Part shown: in pieces, positions 52,662-62,267 of the stretch
How positions within the stretch are numbered: position 1 is the first letter of the stretch
Layout of the letters: each line of letters begins with the position of its first letter
DNA from: Clostridia bacterium
GTDB lineage: Bacteria > Bacillota > Clostridia > Oscillospirales > CAG-382
DNA length: 64,000 bases
NCBI GenBank assembly: GCA_017447445.1
Contig: JAFSNK010000035.1
Coordinates: 29,781-93,780, forward strand
Direction of reading: 5' to 3'
Notes under the pieces: model-generated
Databases searched by the model: none
Told to the model about the DNA's origin: nothing
What the model saw: only the letters and a program-made list of their open reading frames with translations
Translations under genes and position numbers: made by a program

Positions 52662-54538
52662 GATTCTTTAAGGAAATGGAAAAAGAGCAGCGTGTGAATC
52701 TGATCCGCTGCGCGGCGGGCGCTTTGCTGCTTGCCGCGGTGTGGGCGGTCACCGGAATTTTGAACGTCGAAGCGGTGTATCTGCTCCTGCCGCTGTTTCT
52801 TATCCCCTATCTCGTCGTCGGTTACGACGTGGTGTGGGACGCGATAAAAGGTATTGCGAAGCTTGAGCTGCTGGACGAACGCTTCCTTATGTTCATCGCG
52901 ACCGTCGGCGCGTTCGCTTTGGGCGAATACCCGGAAGCCGTCGCCGTTATGCTGTTTTACCAGATCGGCGAGCTTTTGCAGGACATAGCGTTGGACAAAA
53001 GCCGCGATTCGATACACGCGCTTATGGAGCTTAAACCCGATTCGGCGCGCGTACTGCGCAACGGCGAGGAAATCACCGTTCCCCCGGAGGAAGTCGCGGC
53101 GGGCGAAACGATAATCGTTCTGCCCGGCGAGCGCATCCCGCTGGACGGCGAGATAATCGAGGGGAATACCACGCTTAACAAGGCGGCGCTTACCGGAGAA
53201 TCGCTCCCGCAGGACGCGCTTTGCGGCGAAAACGTTTTAAGCGGCAGCGTGAACCTCACCTCCGTTATAAAGATAAAGACCTCCGGCGCGTACGGCGAAA
53301 GCACGGTGGCGAAGATACTGGAGCTTGCCGAGCACGCCGAACAGAACAAGGCGCGCACCGAAAGCATAGTGCGGCGCTTTGCGAAGATATATACCCCCGC
53401 CGTGGTGGTCTCCGCCGTGCTGCTGGCGGCGATTCCCGCCCTTTGCGGCGCGGAGTTCGCCGTGTGGCTGAAACGCGCGCTTATATTCCTTGTGGTATCC
53501 TGCCCCTGCGCGCTCGTTATCTCGGTGCCGCTTTCCTTCTTCAGCGGGATCGGCGCCGCCTCGCGCAAGGGGATACTTATTAAAGGCGCGAACTGTATGG
53601 AAGCGCTTGAAAAGACGAAAACCGCGATATTCGACAAGACCGGCACGCTTACGAAAGGCAGCTTTTCGGTCTCCGCGGTGCATCCGAACGGCGTCTCCGC
53701 CGCCGATCTGCTGGATATCGCCGCCTGCGCGGAATCCTATTCCAACCATCCTATTGCCGGATCGATAATCCGGGCGCACGGCGGGCATATCGACGCGAGC
53801 CGCATCTCGGAAGTCAAAGAAATGGCGGGAATGGGCATCGAAGCGACCATCGACGGGCGGCGCGTGCTTGCCGGGAACAGCCGGCTTGTCGGGCGGGACA
53901 ACGCCGATTGCGAGGAATGCCGCGACAGCGCGGGCACCGTGGTGCACGTTTCGGTAGACGGCGTTTACTGCGGTCATATTGTTATTTCCGACGAGATCAA
54001 GCCCGATTCCGCGGAAGCGGTGAGATCGCTTTACGCGCTTGGAGTCGAACGCGTGGTCATGCTTACCGGGGACGGAAAGGACGTCGCCGAAAAGACTGCT
54101 GACGCGCTCGGGATAAAAGAAGCGCTCCATTCCCTGCTTCCCGCCGACAAGGCGAAGGCGGCGGAAGCGATAAAGCGGGAGACCGGCAAAGGCGCGACCT
54201 TGTTCGCCGGGGACGGCATAAACGACGCTCCGGCGCTTGCGACCGCCGACGTAGGAGTCGCGATGGGGATCTCCGGCAGCGACGCCGCGATAGACACCGC
54301 CGACGTGGTGCTTATGGACGACAGCGTTTCGAAGATCGCGAAGGCGATAGAGATATCCCGCAAAACGATGCGAATCGTGCGCGAAAACATAGTCTTCTCG
54401 CTTGCGGTGAAGCTTGCGATAATGGTCACCGGCGCGCTCGGGTTAACGGATATGTGGTGGGCGGTGTTCGGCGACGTGGGCGTTACCGTGCTCGCTGTGA
54501 TAAACGCGACGAGGATGCTTTATTCCAAAAACAGATAA
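52658..54538 (+). CDS. Heavy-metal (Cd/Zn/Co-type) translocating P1B-type ATPase without an N-terminal HMA domain
   Basis: CPC transmembrane motif (VVSCPCALVISVP), DKTGTLT and GDGINDAPAL. Confidence 0.9.
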   Translation: MRFFKEMEKEQRVNLIRCAAGALLLAAVWAVTGILNVEAVYLLLPLFLIPYLVVGYDVVWDAIKGIAKLELLDERFLMFIATVGAFALGEYPEAVAVMLFYQIGELLQDIALDKSRDSIHALMELKPDSARVLRNGEEITVPPEEVAAGETIIVLPGERIPLDGEIIEGNTTLNKAALTGESLPQDALCGENVLSGSVNLTSVIKIKTSGAYGESTVAKILELAEHAEQNKARTESIVRRFAKIYTPAVVVSAVLLAAIPALCGAEFAVWLKRALIFLVVSCPCALVISVPLSFFSGIGAASRKGILIKGANCMEALEKTKTAIFDKTGTLTKGSFSVSAVHPNGVSAADLLDIAACAESYSNHPIAGSIIRAHGGHIDASRISEVKEMAGMGIEATIDGRRVLAGNSRLVGRDNADCEECRDSAGTVVHVSVDGVYCGHIVISDEIKPDSAEAVRSLYALGVERVVMLTGDGKDVAEKTADALGIKEALHSLLPADKAKAAEAIKRETGKGATLFAGDGINDAPALATADVGVAMGISGSDAAIDTADVVLMDDSVSKIAKAIEISRKTMRIVRENIVFSLAVKLAIMVTGALGLTDMWWAVFGDVGVTVLAVINATRMLYSKNR

Positions 54539-54591
54539 ATACGATAAATACGCAAAAAAGCCGTTTCGCGCGGCTTTTTTTGCCGTTTCTG

Positions 54592-54620
54592 TTGATTTCG
54601 GCGAATATATATGGTATAAT
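54592..54620 (+). promoter_or_regulatory. sigma-A promoter of the O-acylation cluster (TTGATT-17-TATAAT, TGn-extended)
   Basis: TTGATTtcggcgaatatatatggTATAAT. Confidence 0.55.
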
Positions 54621-54661
54621 AAGCCGATTATAAAACTATATATTGGAGGAATACGGCTTAT

Positions 54662-56458
54662 ATGTCGAAAAAGATAAATACGCGTCGGATAGCGGAGCTT
54701 GCGCTCGGGCTGGCGCTTACCGGCGCGATACTGATATCGCTGGTGCTTGTCGCAAACAAAAACAAACCTTCGGACGGCGACACGTCGGCGGGCGTTTCCT
54801 ACCTGGAGGAAGCCGGAAAGAACGACCCGCACGAGCTCGACAGATACGTTTCGGAGCGCGACCGCGAGCAGGAGGAACGCCGCAAGGAAGAGGAGCGCAA
54901 GCGGCTGGAGGAAATGGAGCGCGAGGAACGCCTGGCGGAGATCAAGCGCAGGCAGGACGAGCTGCGCGCCGATTACGAAAAGCGCATAGCGGAGATAGAA
55001 AGCGGCGAAAAGGATATTTGGACCTGCTTCGGCGACAGCGTTATAATGGGCGATTCGCGCGCCGTGGGGTTTTATTACTTCAAATTCCTGCCGCACGCGC
55101 AGGTGCTTGCCGCCGGAGGCGACACGATACGGAATATAAAAGAGCATTTCAACGACCTTAAAGAGCTGAAACCGAAATATCTGTACCTCTGCTACGGGCT
55201 GAACGACGCGGGCATCGGGTTCTGGAAGGAAGGCGATTCCTACGCCGCCGAGGTGATGGAGATCGCCGACGAGCTGCACGAACTGCTTCCCGGTACGGTG
55301 ATAGTGTTCAGCTCCATACTCCCCGCCACGGAGGAAGCGGTGGCAAAATCGCCGTCCTGGAGGCGCATCCCCGATTTCTGCGCGAAAGTCAAAGCTATCT
55401 GCGGCGAGCACGACCTTGTCTACGCCGACAACGATACCATCGCCGCGGAGCATATGGACACCTGGCAGCCGGACGGCGTTCACGTCAACCAGCTTTTCTA
55501 CCCGATCTGGGGACGCAATCTCGTCGCGGCGGCGCTGCGGTACGAGGAGGAAAAGGCCGTTGCCGCGCTGGAGGACGATTATATGCTCGACGGCCGGGGC
55601 GGAACTTCGGAAACAAGCGAGTCCGAAGCAAGCAAGCAGCCGGAGGAGAGCAAACAGCCCGAGGAAAGCAAACAACCGGAAGTCAGCAAGCAACCGGAAG
55701 AAAGCAAGCAACCGGAGGAGAGCAAGCAACCGGAGGAGAGCAAGCCCGCGCAGAGCGAGGACGACAATAAAAAAGCCGATCTGGATACGCTGCGCGCGGA
55801 AGCCGCCGCGGAGACGGCGTATATAGAATCGCGACTGAAAACTCTTGTCGCGCAGGACGCGGAGAAATGGCAACCGGTGAAGGACAGGTACGACGGGATC
55901 GCAAGCGGCAAAACGAACGTGTGGACCTGCTTTGACGACAGTATAATTATGGGCGATTCGCGCGCTTGCGGGTTCTTCGTTTTCAAGTTCCTGCCCGGCA
56001 CGCGCACCATCGCCTACGGCGGCGACACGATACGCAACATACGCGAGCATTTCGACGAATTAAAGTCGATAAACCCGAAAAACGTGTTCCTCTGCTACGG
56101 ACTGAACGACGCGGGCATCGGGTTCTGGAAGGACGGAACTCAGTACGCGGACGAGCTGGCGGCGATCTGCGCCGACCTGCACGCATTACTTCCCGAAACG
56201 CGCATAATATTCAGCTCCATACTTCCCGCCACCGAGGAAGCCTACCAGAAATCTCCGTCGTGGAGGCGGATACCCGGGTTCAACGCCGAGGTGCGCGCCC
56301 GCGCCGCCGAAATGGGGATCATATACTGCGACAACGACCTTACCGCCGCGGAGCATATGGACTGCTGGCAGCCGGACGGAGTACATATAAACCAGCTTTT
56401 CTATCCGCTTTGGGCGAGGAATATGCTGATCTCTGTTATAAAGGATGAAATAAAGTGA
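54662..56458 (+). CDS. Membrane-anchored protein with two tandem SGNH/GDSL-like hydrolase domains separated by a KQPEES repeat linker
   Basis: N-terminal TM. Two copies of the block W-T-C-F-[GD]-D-S-[VI]-I-M-G-D-S-R ... YGLNDAGIGFWK ... WQPDGVH[VI]NQLFYP. Confidence 0.75.
   Translation: MSKKINTRRIAELALGLALTGAILISLVLVANKNKPSDGDTSAGVSYLEEAGKNDPHELDRYVSERDREQEERRKEEERKRLEEMEREERLAEIKRRQDELRADYEKRIAEIESGEKDIWTCFGDSVIMGDSRAVGFYYFKFLPHAQVLAAGGDTIRNIKEHFNDLKELKPKYLYLCYGLNDAGIGFWKEGDSYAAEVMEIADELHELLPGTVIVFSSILPATEEAVAKSPSWRRIPDFCAKVKAICGEHDLVYADNDTIAAEHMDTWQPDGVHVNQLFYPIWGRNLVAAALRYEEEKAVAALEDDYMLDGRGGTSETSESEASKQPEESKQPEESKQPEVSKQPEESKQPEESKQPEESKPAQSEDDNKKADLDTLRAEAAAETAYIESRLKTLVAQDAEKWQPVKDRYDGIASGKTNVWTCFDDSIIMGDSRACGFFVFKFLPGTRTIAYGGDTIRNIREHFDELKSINPKNVFLCYGLNDAGIGFWKDGTQYADELAAICADLHALLPETRIIFSSILPATEEAYQKSPSWRRIPGFNAEVRARAAEMGIIYCDNDLTAAEHMDCWQPDGVHINQLFYPLWARNMLISVIKDEIK
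55631..55738 (+). repeat. Six tandem 18-bp coding repeats (SKQPEE)n
   Basis: AGCAA[GA]CA[GA]CC[GC]GA[GA]G[AT][GAC] units at 55631, 55649, 55667, 55685, 55703 and 55721. The last two are identical. Confidence 0.9.
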
Positions 56459-56934
56459 AAAAGACCGTTTTTGAAGCGATACGCTGGCTCGCCGTTATCG
56501 CGGCGGTGCTGCTTACGGTTTCCGGCTCCAGATCGGCGAAAACCAGTTCCGCCGACGCGAAGGACGTGTTCGAAGCCGTCTGCGCCGCGGTGGATACGAA
56601 CGAAATGCAGCCGGGCGACCGGCTGATGATAAAGCGCCTTTACGGGCTCGAAGCCGACGATTACGAGGGGTGTTACCTGCTTTATCCCGCCACTAATATG
56701 GGCGCGGAGGAGATACTTGTGGTGAAATTCGCCGAAGGGACCGACACCGCAAAGCTTATCGAAGCGGTGGAGAACCGCATAGAAGCGCAGAAGACCAGCT
56801 TCGACGGATACGGCGTAGAACAGTACGAGCTGCTTACCAACCACGCGGCGACGGAGCTTGCGGGGAACTTTCTGCTGTTCGTCGTCAGCGGGAACGAAAC
56901 GGAAGCCGTGAAGGCGTTCCGCGCGGCGCTGTAA
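56455..56934 (+). CDS. DUF4358-like secreted/anchored small protein
   Basis: GTG start overlapping the upstream stop. Signal/anchor helix, then a family-like YGLEADDYEG...ILVVKF...FLLFVVSG pattern. Usual partner of MBOAT/DHHW genes in Clostridia. Confidence 0.5.
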   Translation: MKKTVFEAIRWLAVIAAVLLTVSGSRSAKTSSADAKDVFEAVCAAVDTNEMQPGDRLMIKRLYGLEADDYEGCYLLYPATNMGAEEILVVKFAEGTDTAKLIEAVENRIEAQKTSFDGYGVEQYELLTNHAATELAGNFLLFVVSGNETEAVKAFRAAL

Positions 56935-56945
56935 GGAGGGACGTT

Positions 56946-58328
56946 ATGAGCTTTTATCAGACAGCGTTCGTCTTTATCTTCCTTCCGGTGTGCGTGCTGC
57001 TGTATTTCGTTCTTCCGAAATACTGCCGCAGGTATCTTTTGCTTGCCGCGAGCGTCGTTTTCATCGCCTGGGGCGGATTGAAAGGGCTTGCCGTTATCGC
57101 GGCGAGCACCGTGTTCAATTATTTCACCGGGCTGCTTATTGACAAAAAGGGCAAAAAGACCGCTTGGGGGACGTTTGCGTTCGTAAGCGGTATATTGTGC
57201 GATATCGCGCTTCTGGCGCTGTTCAAATACGTTTCCCCCGCCGCGTCGCTGTTCGGCAAGAATTTCGCGGTCGGCTTCGCGCCGATGGGGATATCCTTCT
57301 TCACATTCTCGGCGATATCCTATCTCTGCGACGTGCGCTCCGGCAAGGCGCCCGCCGCCGTGAACTTTATCGACCTGGCGATATACGTCTGCTTCTTCGG
57401 CAAGCTCGTTTCCGGGCCGATAGTCAAATACGCGGATATCGCGGAGCAGATCGAACGCCCCCGCACCACGAGAAACCTTCTGGAGCGCGGCGCGCGCCGG
57501 TTTGCAGTCGGCCTGGCGAAAAAACTGCTGATCGCCGACGGGCTCACCGTTTATTTCAATATGCTGCAAAGCGGCGGCGAAAAGACTCTGCTCGGCGCCT
57601 GGACCGCGGCGCTGTGCTACGCTTTCATACTTTACTACGACTTCAGCGGATATTCGGATATGGCGATAGGGATAAGCGGCGTTCTGGGCTTCCGCTTGCC
57701 GGAAAACTTCGAATACCCCTATCTTTCGCCTAGCGTTACGCAGTTCTGGCGGCGCTGGCATATCACTCTGGGCGCGTGGTTCAAGGAATACGTATACATC
57801 CCTCTGGGCGGGAGCCGCAAGGGGAACGCGCGCACGGTATTCAACCTCTTCGCGGTATGGCTGCTCACGGGGATATGGCACGGCGCGAACTTCACCTTCC
57901 TCGTTTGGGGGCTTTACTATTTCGTTTTGCTCGTGCTTGAAAAATTCGTGTTCGCTTCGGTGCTTGAAAAAACGCCGAAGGCGGTCAACGTCTTCCTCGT
58001 CTTCCTCGCGGCGGTGTTCGGCTGGGTGTTATTCTTCTCGCCGGATATCGGATCGGCGTTCGCGCATATCGGCAATATGTTCGGCTTCGGCTGCGGCTCT
58101 GCGGCGAGCGCGGGTTCGGTCTACGCCCTGCGCGGCGCGGGGATATTGCTTGTTATAGCCGCGATAGGTGCGACGGGCGCAGTTAAAAAAGCATTCGCGC
58201 TGTTGGAGGAGCGCACGCGCGCGGGCTCCGGCGTGATAAGCGCGGTTTGCTGTACGGCGCTGTTCGCTCTGTGCGTCGCCGAAATGGCGAATTCCACTTA
58301 CACCTCGTTCCTTTACGCGGCGTTTTAA
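56946..58328 (+). CDS. MBOAT family O-acyltransferase (AlgI/DltB/PatA-like)
   Basis: Polytopic protein with the catalytic-His region FWRRWHITLGAWFKEYVYIPLGGSRKG. Confidence 0.88.
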   Translation: MSFYQTAFVFIFLPVCVLLYFVLPKYCRRYLLLAASVVFIAWGGLKGLAVIAASTVFNYFTGLLIDKKGKKTAWGTFAFVSGILCDIALLALFKYVSPAASLFGKNFAVGFAPMGISFFTFSAISYLCDVRSGKAPAAVNFIDLAIYVCFFGKLVSGPIVKYADIAEQIERPRTTRNLLERGARRFAVGLAKKLLIADGLTVYFNMLQSGGEKTLLGAWTAALCYAFILYYDFSGYSDMAIGISGVLGFRLPENFEYPYLSPSVTQFWRRWHITLGAWFKEYVYIPLGGSRKGNARTVFNLFAVWLLTGIWHGANFTFLVWGLYYFVLLVLEKFVFASVLEKTPKAVNVFLVFLAAVFGWVLFFSPDIGSAFAHIGNMFGFGCGSAASAGSVYALRGAGILLVIAAIGATGAVKKAFALLEERTRAGSGVISAVCCTALFALCVAEMANSTYTSFLYAAF

Positions 58329-58340
58329 GGAGGTACGGAT

Positions 58341-59480
58341 ATGAACGGAAACAACGGCAAAAACGGAAAGGCGTTCCTTTTCACCGCGGTGGCGCTCGCC
58401 TGCTTTATCGCGGTGTTCGACGCGCTTTGGATAATACTCCCCAAAAAGAGCTTTTCGGAAAGCGAGAACAGGATGCTTTCGCCCGCGCCTAAGCTGACGT
58501 GGGAATCGATTTCCGGCGGCGGGTTCGGCGACGCGTTCGAATCCTTCGCCGCGGACAGGATCCCCCTGCGCGACAGTCTTATATCGCTCCGCACGGAGGA
58601 GAAAAAGCTGCTCGGCGCGAAGGAAAACGGCGGGGTGTGGTTCGGGAGCGACGGATATCTGTTCCTTAAACCGTCCGCGCAGAAAAGCGCTTCGCTCGCG
58701 CGCAATCTTAACGCGATGGACCTTTTCGCCTGGGAGCACAACGATATTTCGCATTACGCGCTTATAGCGCCCAATTCTTTCTGCGTCCTTTCGGACAAGC
58801 TCCCCGCGAACGCCTCCGCGCCGGACCAGAAGGCGCAGTTGGCGGAGATAGCGCAGAATCTGAGCGATGTGAAGACGATAGACGTTACGGACGCTCTGCT
58901 TGCCCGCAAGAACGAATATATCTACTACCGCACCGACCATCACTGGACCACGCTCGGCGCCTTCTACGCCTTTTCGAAGGCCGCGGAAGCGATGGGGCTG
59001 GACGTTTCGGACGTGAGGTATTCGGCATACGACGTGAGCGCGTCTTTCGAAGGCACGCTCGCTTCCAAAAGCGGCGCGCACGGGATCTGCGACACGGTGA
59101 GCGTATGCTCGCCGGAGGGGATAATGTGCCGCGTGGATATTCCGGAAAGCGGAAAAGAGCCCTCCGGGACGATATACGAAAAGTCCGCGCTGGCGACGAA
59201 GGACAAATACGCGCTGTTTCTCGGCGGGAACTACCCGCTGGTGCGGATAACCACCTCCTCGGACAGCGGCAGGCGGCTTCTGATATTCAAGGATTCCTAC
59301 GCGAACTGCTTCGTGCAGTTCCTGCTGCCGCATTTTTCGGAGATAGTGCTTGTCGACCCGCGCTATTATTACGAGGACGCTTCTCCCCTGCTGAGCCGCT
59401 ACGGGATCACCGACGTGCTGTATCTTTACAATCTGGACACCTTCAACACCGACAATTCGCTCGCGGACGCGCTGCATTGA
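58341..59480 (+). CDS. DHHW family protein (AlgJ/AlgX/PatB-like partner of MBOAT)
   Basis: Eponymous motif YYRTDHHWTTLGAFYA. N-terminal TM anchor. Confidence 0.8.
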   Translation: MNGNNGKNGKAFLFTAVALACFIAVFDALWIILPKKSFSESENRMLSPAPKLTWESISGGGFGDAFESFAADRIPLRDSLISLRTEEKKLLGAKENGGVWFGSDGYLFLKPSAQKSASLARNLNAMDLFAWEHNDISHYALIAPNSFCVLSDKLPANASAPDQKAQLAEIAQNLSDVKTIDVTDALLARKNEYIYYRTDHHWTTLGAFYAFSKAAEAMGLDVSDVRYSAYDVSASFEGTLASKSGAHGICDTVSVCSPEGIMCRVDIPESGKEPSGTIYEKSALATKDKYALFLGGNYPLVRITTSSDSGRRLLIFKDSYANCFVQFLLPHFSEIVLVDPRYYYEDASPLLSRYGITDVLYLYNLDTFNTDNSLADALH

Positions 59481-59542
59481 TCATAAAAAGGTTAAAAATA
59501 ATAAAAAATTCCGAAATATAAGCATTTTTTTGAAAAAAGTCC

Positions 59543-59571
59543 TTGACATTCAACGAGGTTCGGGTTATAAT
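59543..59571 (+). promoter_or_regulatory. sigma-A promoter of rpmG-secE-nusG (TTGACA-17-TATAAT)
   Basis: Exact consensus hexamers with a 17-nt spacer, followed by a ~120-nt leader. Confidence 0.65.
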
Positions 59572-59693
59572 GTCCGTACCTCTGTTGTGCGAGGGCTTTT
59601 TTGTTGTGCGCCCGGTTTTCGATTTCCGCCGCGCGCCGGCGCGAAACCCCGCCGATTCAGAGGGAGGTAACAAAATATGGAGGTGCCGAAAAA

Positions 59694-59852
59694 ATGAAAG
59701 AAAAACGGGTTAAGGTAACTCTCGTATGCAGCGAATGCAAACAGAGGAACTATGACACGGCAAAAAACAAGAGCAATACTCCGGATCGTCTTGAAATGAA
59801 CAAGTATTGCAGATTCTGCCGCAAGCATACCCTTCACAAGGAAAGCAAGTAA
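59694..59852 (+). CDS. rpmG: 50S ribosomal protein L33
   Basis: [26 protein letters not shown]...[13 protein letters not shown] (Zn-ribbon form). GGAGG RBS. Confidence 0.9.
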   Translation: MKEKRVKVTLVCSECKQRNYDTAKNKSNTPDRLEMNKYCRFCRKHTLHKESK

Positions 59853-59865
59853 GGAGGACGCGGTA

Positions 59866-60417
59866 GTGAAAAAATATCTTTTGAAACTGCTTCCCGTTCT
59901 TGCCGCGATCGCGCTGGTGTTCGCGCTTTCGTTCGCCGCTTTTGCGGAGGACGCTTCCGAACCCGAAACGAAGGCCGGATCCGCCGCCGAATCCGAGGTG
60001 CTCACCACGGGCGAAGTATCGCAGGAGGATACCGCGGTCGAAGGTTCCGCCGCCGAACCGGCAGCGGAAAGCGCACCCGCGGCGACTGAAAGCGAAGCGG
60101 AACAGCAGGAGTCGGGCGGCGGAAGTTCGTCCAGTTTCGTGCGGCATCTGCCCAGATGGATCACCCTTTTCGTGATCATCATACTTATCGGCGTCGCGGT
60201 GATACTTTCCCGCACGAAGACAAAGCTCGGGCAGAAGATCGCGAAATTCTTCCGCGATTACAAGAGCGAGATATCGAAGATATCCTGGTATTCCCCGAAG
60301 GAAACGGCGAAAGCCACCGGCATAGTGCTCGTATTCATAATCGGGCTCGCTGTCGCGATAGGCGTTCTGGACTTCCTCTTTACGCAGGGGATAAAGCTGC
60401 TCGCGCAGTTATTCTAA
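59866..60417 (+). CDS. secE: Preprotein translocase subunit SecE with a ~120-aa N-terminal extension
   Basis: The C-terminal 60 aa are canonical SecE (KFFRDYKSEISKISWYSPKETAKATGIVLVFIIGLAVAIGVLDF). GTG start 8 nt after AAGGAGG, with no internal ATG. Confidence 0.8.
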   Translation: MKKYLLKLLPVLAAIALVFALSFAAFAEDASEPETKAGSAAESEVLTTGEVSQEDTAVEGSAAEPAAESAPAATESEAEQQESGGGSSSSFVRHLPRWITLFVIIILIGVAVILSRTKTKLGQKIAKFFRDYKSEISKISWYSPKETAKATGIVLVFIIGLAVAIGVLDFLFTQGIKLLAQLF

Positions 60418-60432
60418 AAGGAACGGTCTGTT

Positions 60433-60969
60433 ATGAGTTTACCACAGGAGAGCACACCGCTTTGGTATGTCATCCATACCTATACGGGCTATGAAAACAA
60501 GGTTGCCGCGAACATCGAAAAGATCGTGGAGAACCGCGGGCTCGAAAAGCTGATACTCGCGGTAAACATCCCTGTCGAAAAAGTCATAGAAAAGAACGAC
60601 AAGGGCGAAAAGGAAATCGAAAGAAAATTGTTCCCGAGTTACGTTCTGGTCAAAATGGTCATGAACGACGAGACCTGGCACATCATCCGCAACACCACCG
60701 GCGTCACCGGTTTCGTCGGCCCCGGATCGCGCCCCGTTCCGCTTACCGAAGAAGAGGTCGAGCGTATGGGCGTCGAAGTGAGGACGATAGAGATCAAGTT
60801 CGCCGTCGGCGACAGCGTGAGGATAGTCGACGGCCCGCTTTCCGGTTTTATAGGTCTGGTAGAGGAAATATCGGAAGACCTTACGAAGGTAAAGGTATCC
60901 GCTTCCCTCTTCGGCAGAGAGACCAAAGTGGAGCTCAACAGCGATCAGGTCCGGCCTTTGGACGAATAA
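60433..60969 (+). CDS. nusG: Transcription termination/antitermination factor NusG
   Basis: WYVIHTYTGYENKV NGN domain and a KOW motif (GDSVRIVDGPLSGFIGLV). Confidence 0.92.
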   Translation: MSLPQESTPLWYVIHTYTGYENKVAANIEKIVENRGLEKLILAVNIPVEKVIEKNDKGEKEIERKLFPSYVLVKMVMNDETWHIIRNTTGVTGFVGPGSRPVPLTEEEVERMGVEVRTIEIKFAVGDSVRIVDGPLSGFIGLVEEISEDLTKVKVSASLFGRETKVELNSDQVRPLDE

Positions 60970-61103
60970 CGCAAAGGTCATTTACCGCCTGAAAACGGAT
61001 TTGCCTGCCGTCGTAAGGCAAAAAGCGCGGAACACGCGCACTTAAATCAGTGGGAGGGCCACAGCGCCCGAAATCTTATTACCACATGGAGGTGTCAATA
61101 AAA

Positions 61104-61529
61104 ATGGCAAAAAAAGTAGTTGGCTATATCAAGCTTCAGATCCCCGCGGGTAAAGCAACGCCCCAGCCACCGATAGGCCCCGCCCTCGGTCAGTACGGCG
61201 TCGCCATCCCGATGTTCACCAAGGAATTCAACGAACGTACCAAAAACGATATCGGGCTTATAATCCCCGTCGTTATCACCGTTTACGCGGACAGGACGTT
61301 CAGCTTCATCACCAAGACTCCGCCCGCAGCCGTTCTTATAAAGAAGGCCTGCGGCATCGAAAAGGGTTCCGGCGTGCCCCAGTCCAACAAGGTGGCTCAC
61401 ATCTCGAAGGAACAGGTCCGCAAGATCGCCGAACTCAAAATGCCCGACTTGAACGCCGCGAGCGTTGAAGCCGCAATGAGCATGGTCGCCGGCACCGCCC
61501 GCAGCATGGGCGTCGTCGTCGATGATTAA
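61104..61529 (+). CDS. rplK: 50S ribosomal protein L11
   Basis: [38 protein letters not shown]. Trimmed from the ORF starting at 61050. Confidence 0.92.
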   Translation: MAKKVVGYIKLQIPAGKATPQPPIGPALGQYGVAIPMFTKEFNERTKNDIGLIIPVVITVYADRTFSFITKTPPAAVLIKKACGIEKGSGVPQSNKVAHISKEQVRKIAELKMPDLNAASVEAAMSMVAGTARSMGVVVDD

Positions 61530-61541
61530 GGAGGTCTTACG

Positions 61542-62237
61542 ATGAAAAGAGGAAAGAATTACAAGGCGGCAGCCGCTGCCATAGACAAAGCAAAACTTTA
61601 CGACAGCAACGAAGCGCTCGGTCTCGTCTGCCAGCTTTCCAAAGCCAAATTCGACGAAACCGTTGAAGTTCACGTCCGCCTGGGCGTCGACTCCCGCCAC
61701 GCCGACCAGCAGGTCCGCGGCGCGGTCGTGCTTCCCAACGGCACGGGCAAGACGATACGCACGCTCGTTATAACCAAGGGCGACAAGGTCAAAGCCGCGG
61801 AAGAAGCCGGCGCGGATTACGTCGGCGCGGAAGAATACATCGAAAAGATCCAGAAAGAAAACTGGTTCGAATTCGACGTTGTCATCGCTTCCCCGGACAT
61901 GATGGGCCTCGTGGGCCGCTTGGGTAAGGTACTCGGCCCGAAGGGCTTGATGCCTAACCCCAAAGCCGGCACCGTTACTCCCGACGTCGCGAAAGCGGTT
62001 TCGGAAGCCAAAGCCGGTAAGATTGAATACCGTCTCGACAAGACCAACATCATACACTGCCCGATCGGCAAGGTAAGCTTCGGCACCGAAAAGCTTATGG
62101 AAAACTTCAATACCCTGCTCGGCGCCATTATAAAGGCAAAACCCGCCGCCGCGAAAGGCCAGTATATCAAGTCCTGCGTGGTCGCTTCCACCATGGGCCC
62201 CGGTCTTAAAGTCAACGCCGCCAAGATCGGCGACTGA
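61542..62237 (+). CDS. rplA: 50S ribosomal protein L1
   Basis: [15 protein letters not shown]...[14 protein letters not shown]. Confidence 0.92.
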   Translation: MKRGKNYKAAAAAIDKAKLYDSNEALGLVCQLSKAKFDETVEVHVRLGVDSRHADQQVRGAVVLPNGTGKTIRTLVITKGDKVKAAEEAGADYVGAEEYIEKIQKENWFEFDVVIASPDMMGLVGRLGKVLGPKGLMPNPKAGTVTPDVAKAVSEAKAGKIEYRLDKTNIIHCPIGKVSFGTEKLMENFNTLLGAIIKAKPAAAKGQYIKSCVVASTMGPGLKVNAAKIGD

Positions 62238-62267
62238 TCGGATCGGTCGGTTTATAAAACCAACAGA

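Noticed and set aside
55631-55738. 18-bp tandem repeats as a mini CRISPR-like or VNTR non-coding array
   Set aside because: They are in frame inside the SGNH gene and encode the SKQPEE linker. There are no spacers.
48379-59477. Long antisense ORFs (48379-50025, 50406-52277, 53237-54130, 54443-56050, 56682-57881, 58029-59477)
   Set aside because: Each lies opposite a motif-supported gene (asnB, serine hydrolase, P-type ATPase, SGNH, MBOAT, DHHW) and shows shadow-frame composition.
59572-59693. ~120-nt leader of rpmG-secE-nusG with a small hairpin plus T-run (59578-59602) as an attenuator or ncRNA
   Set aside because: The stem is only 4-5 bp, and no known leader family could be recognised by eye.
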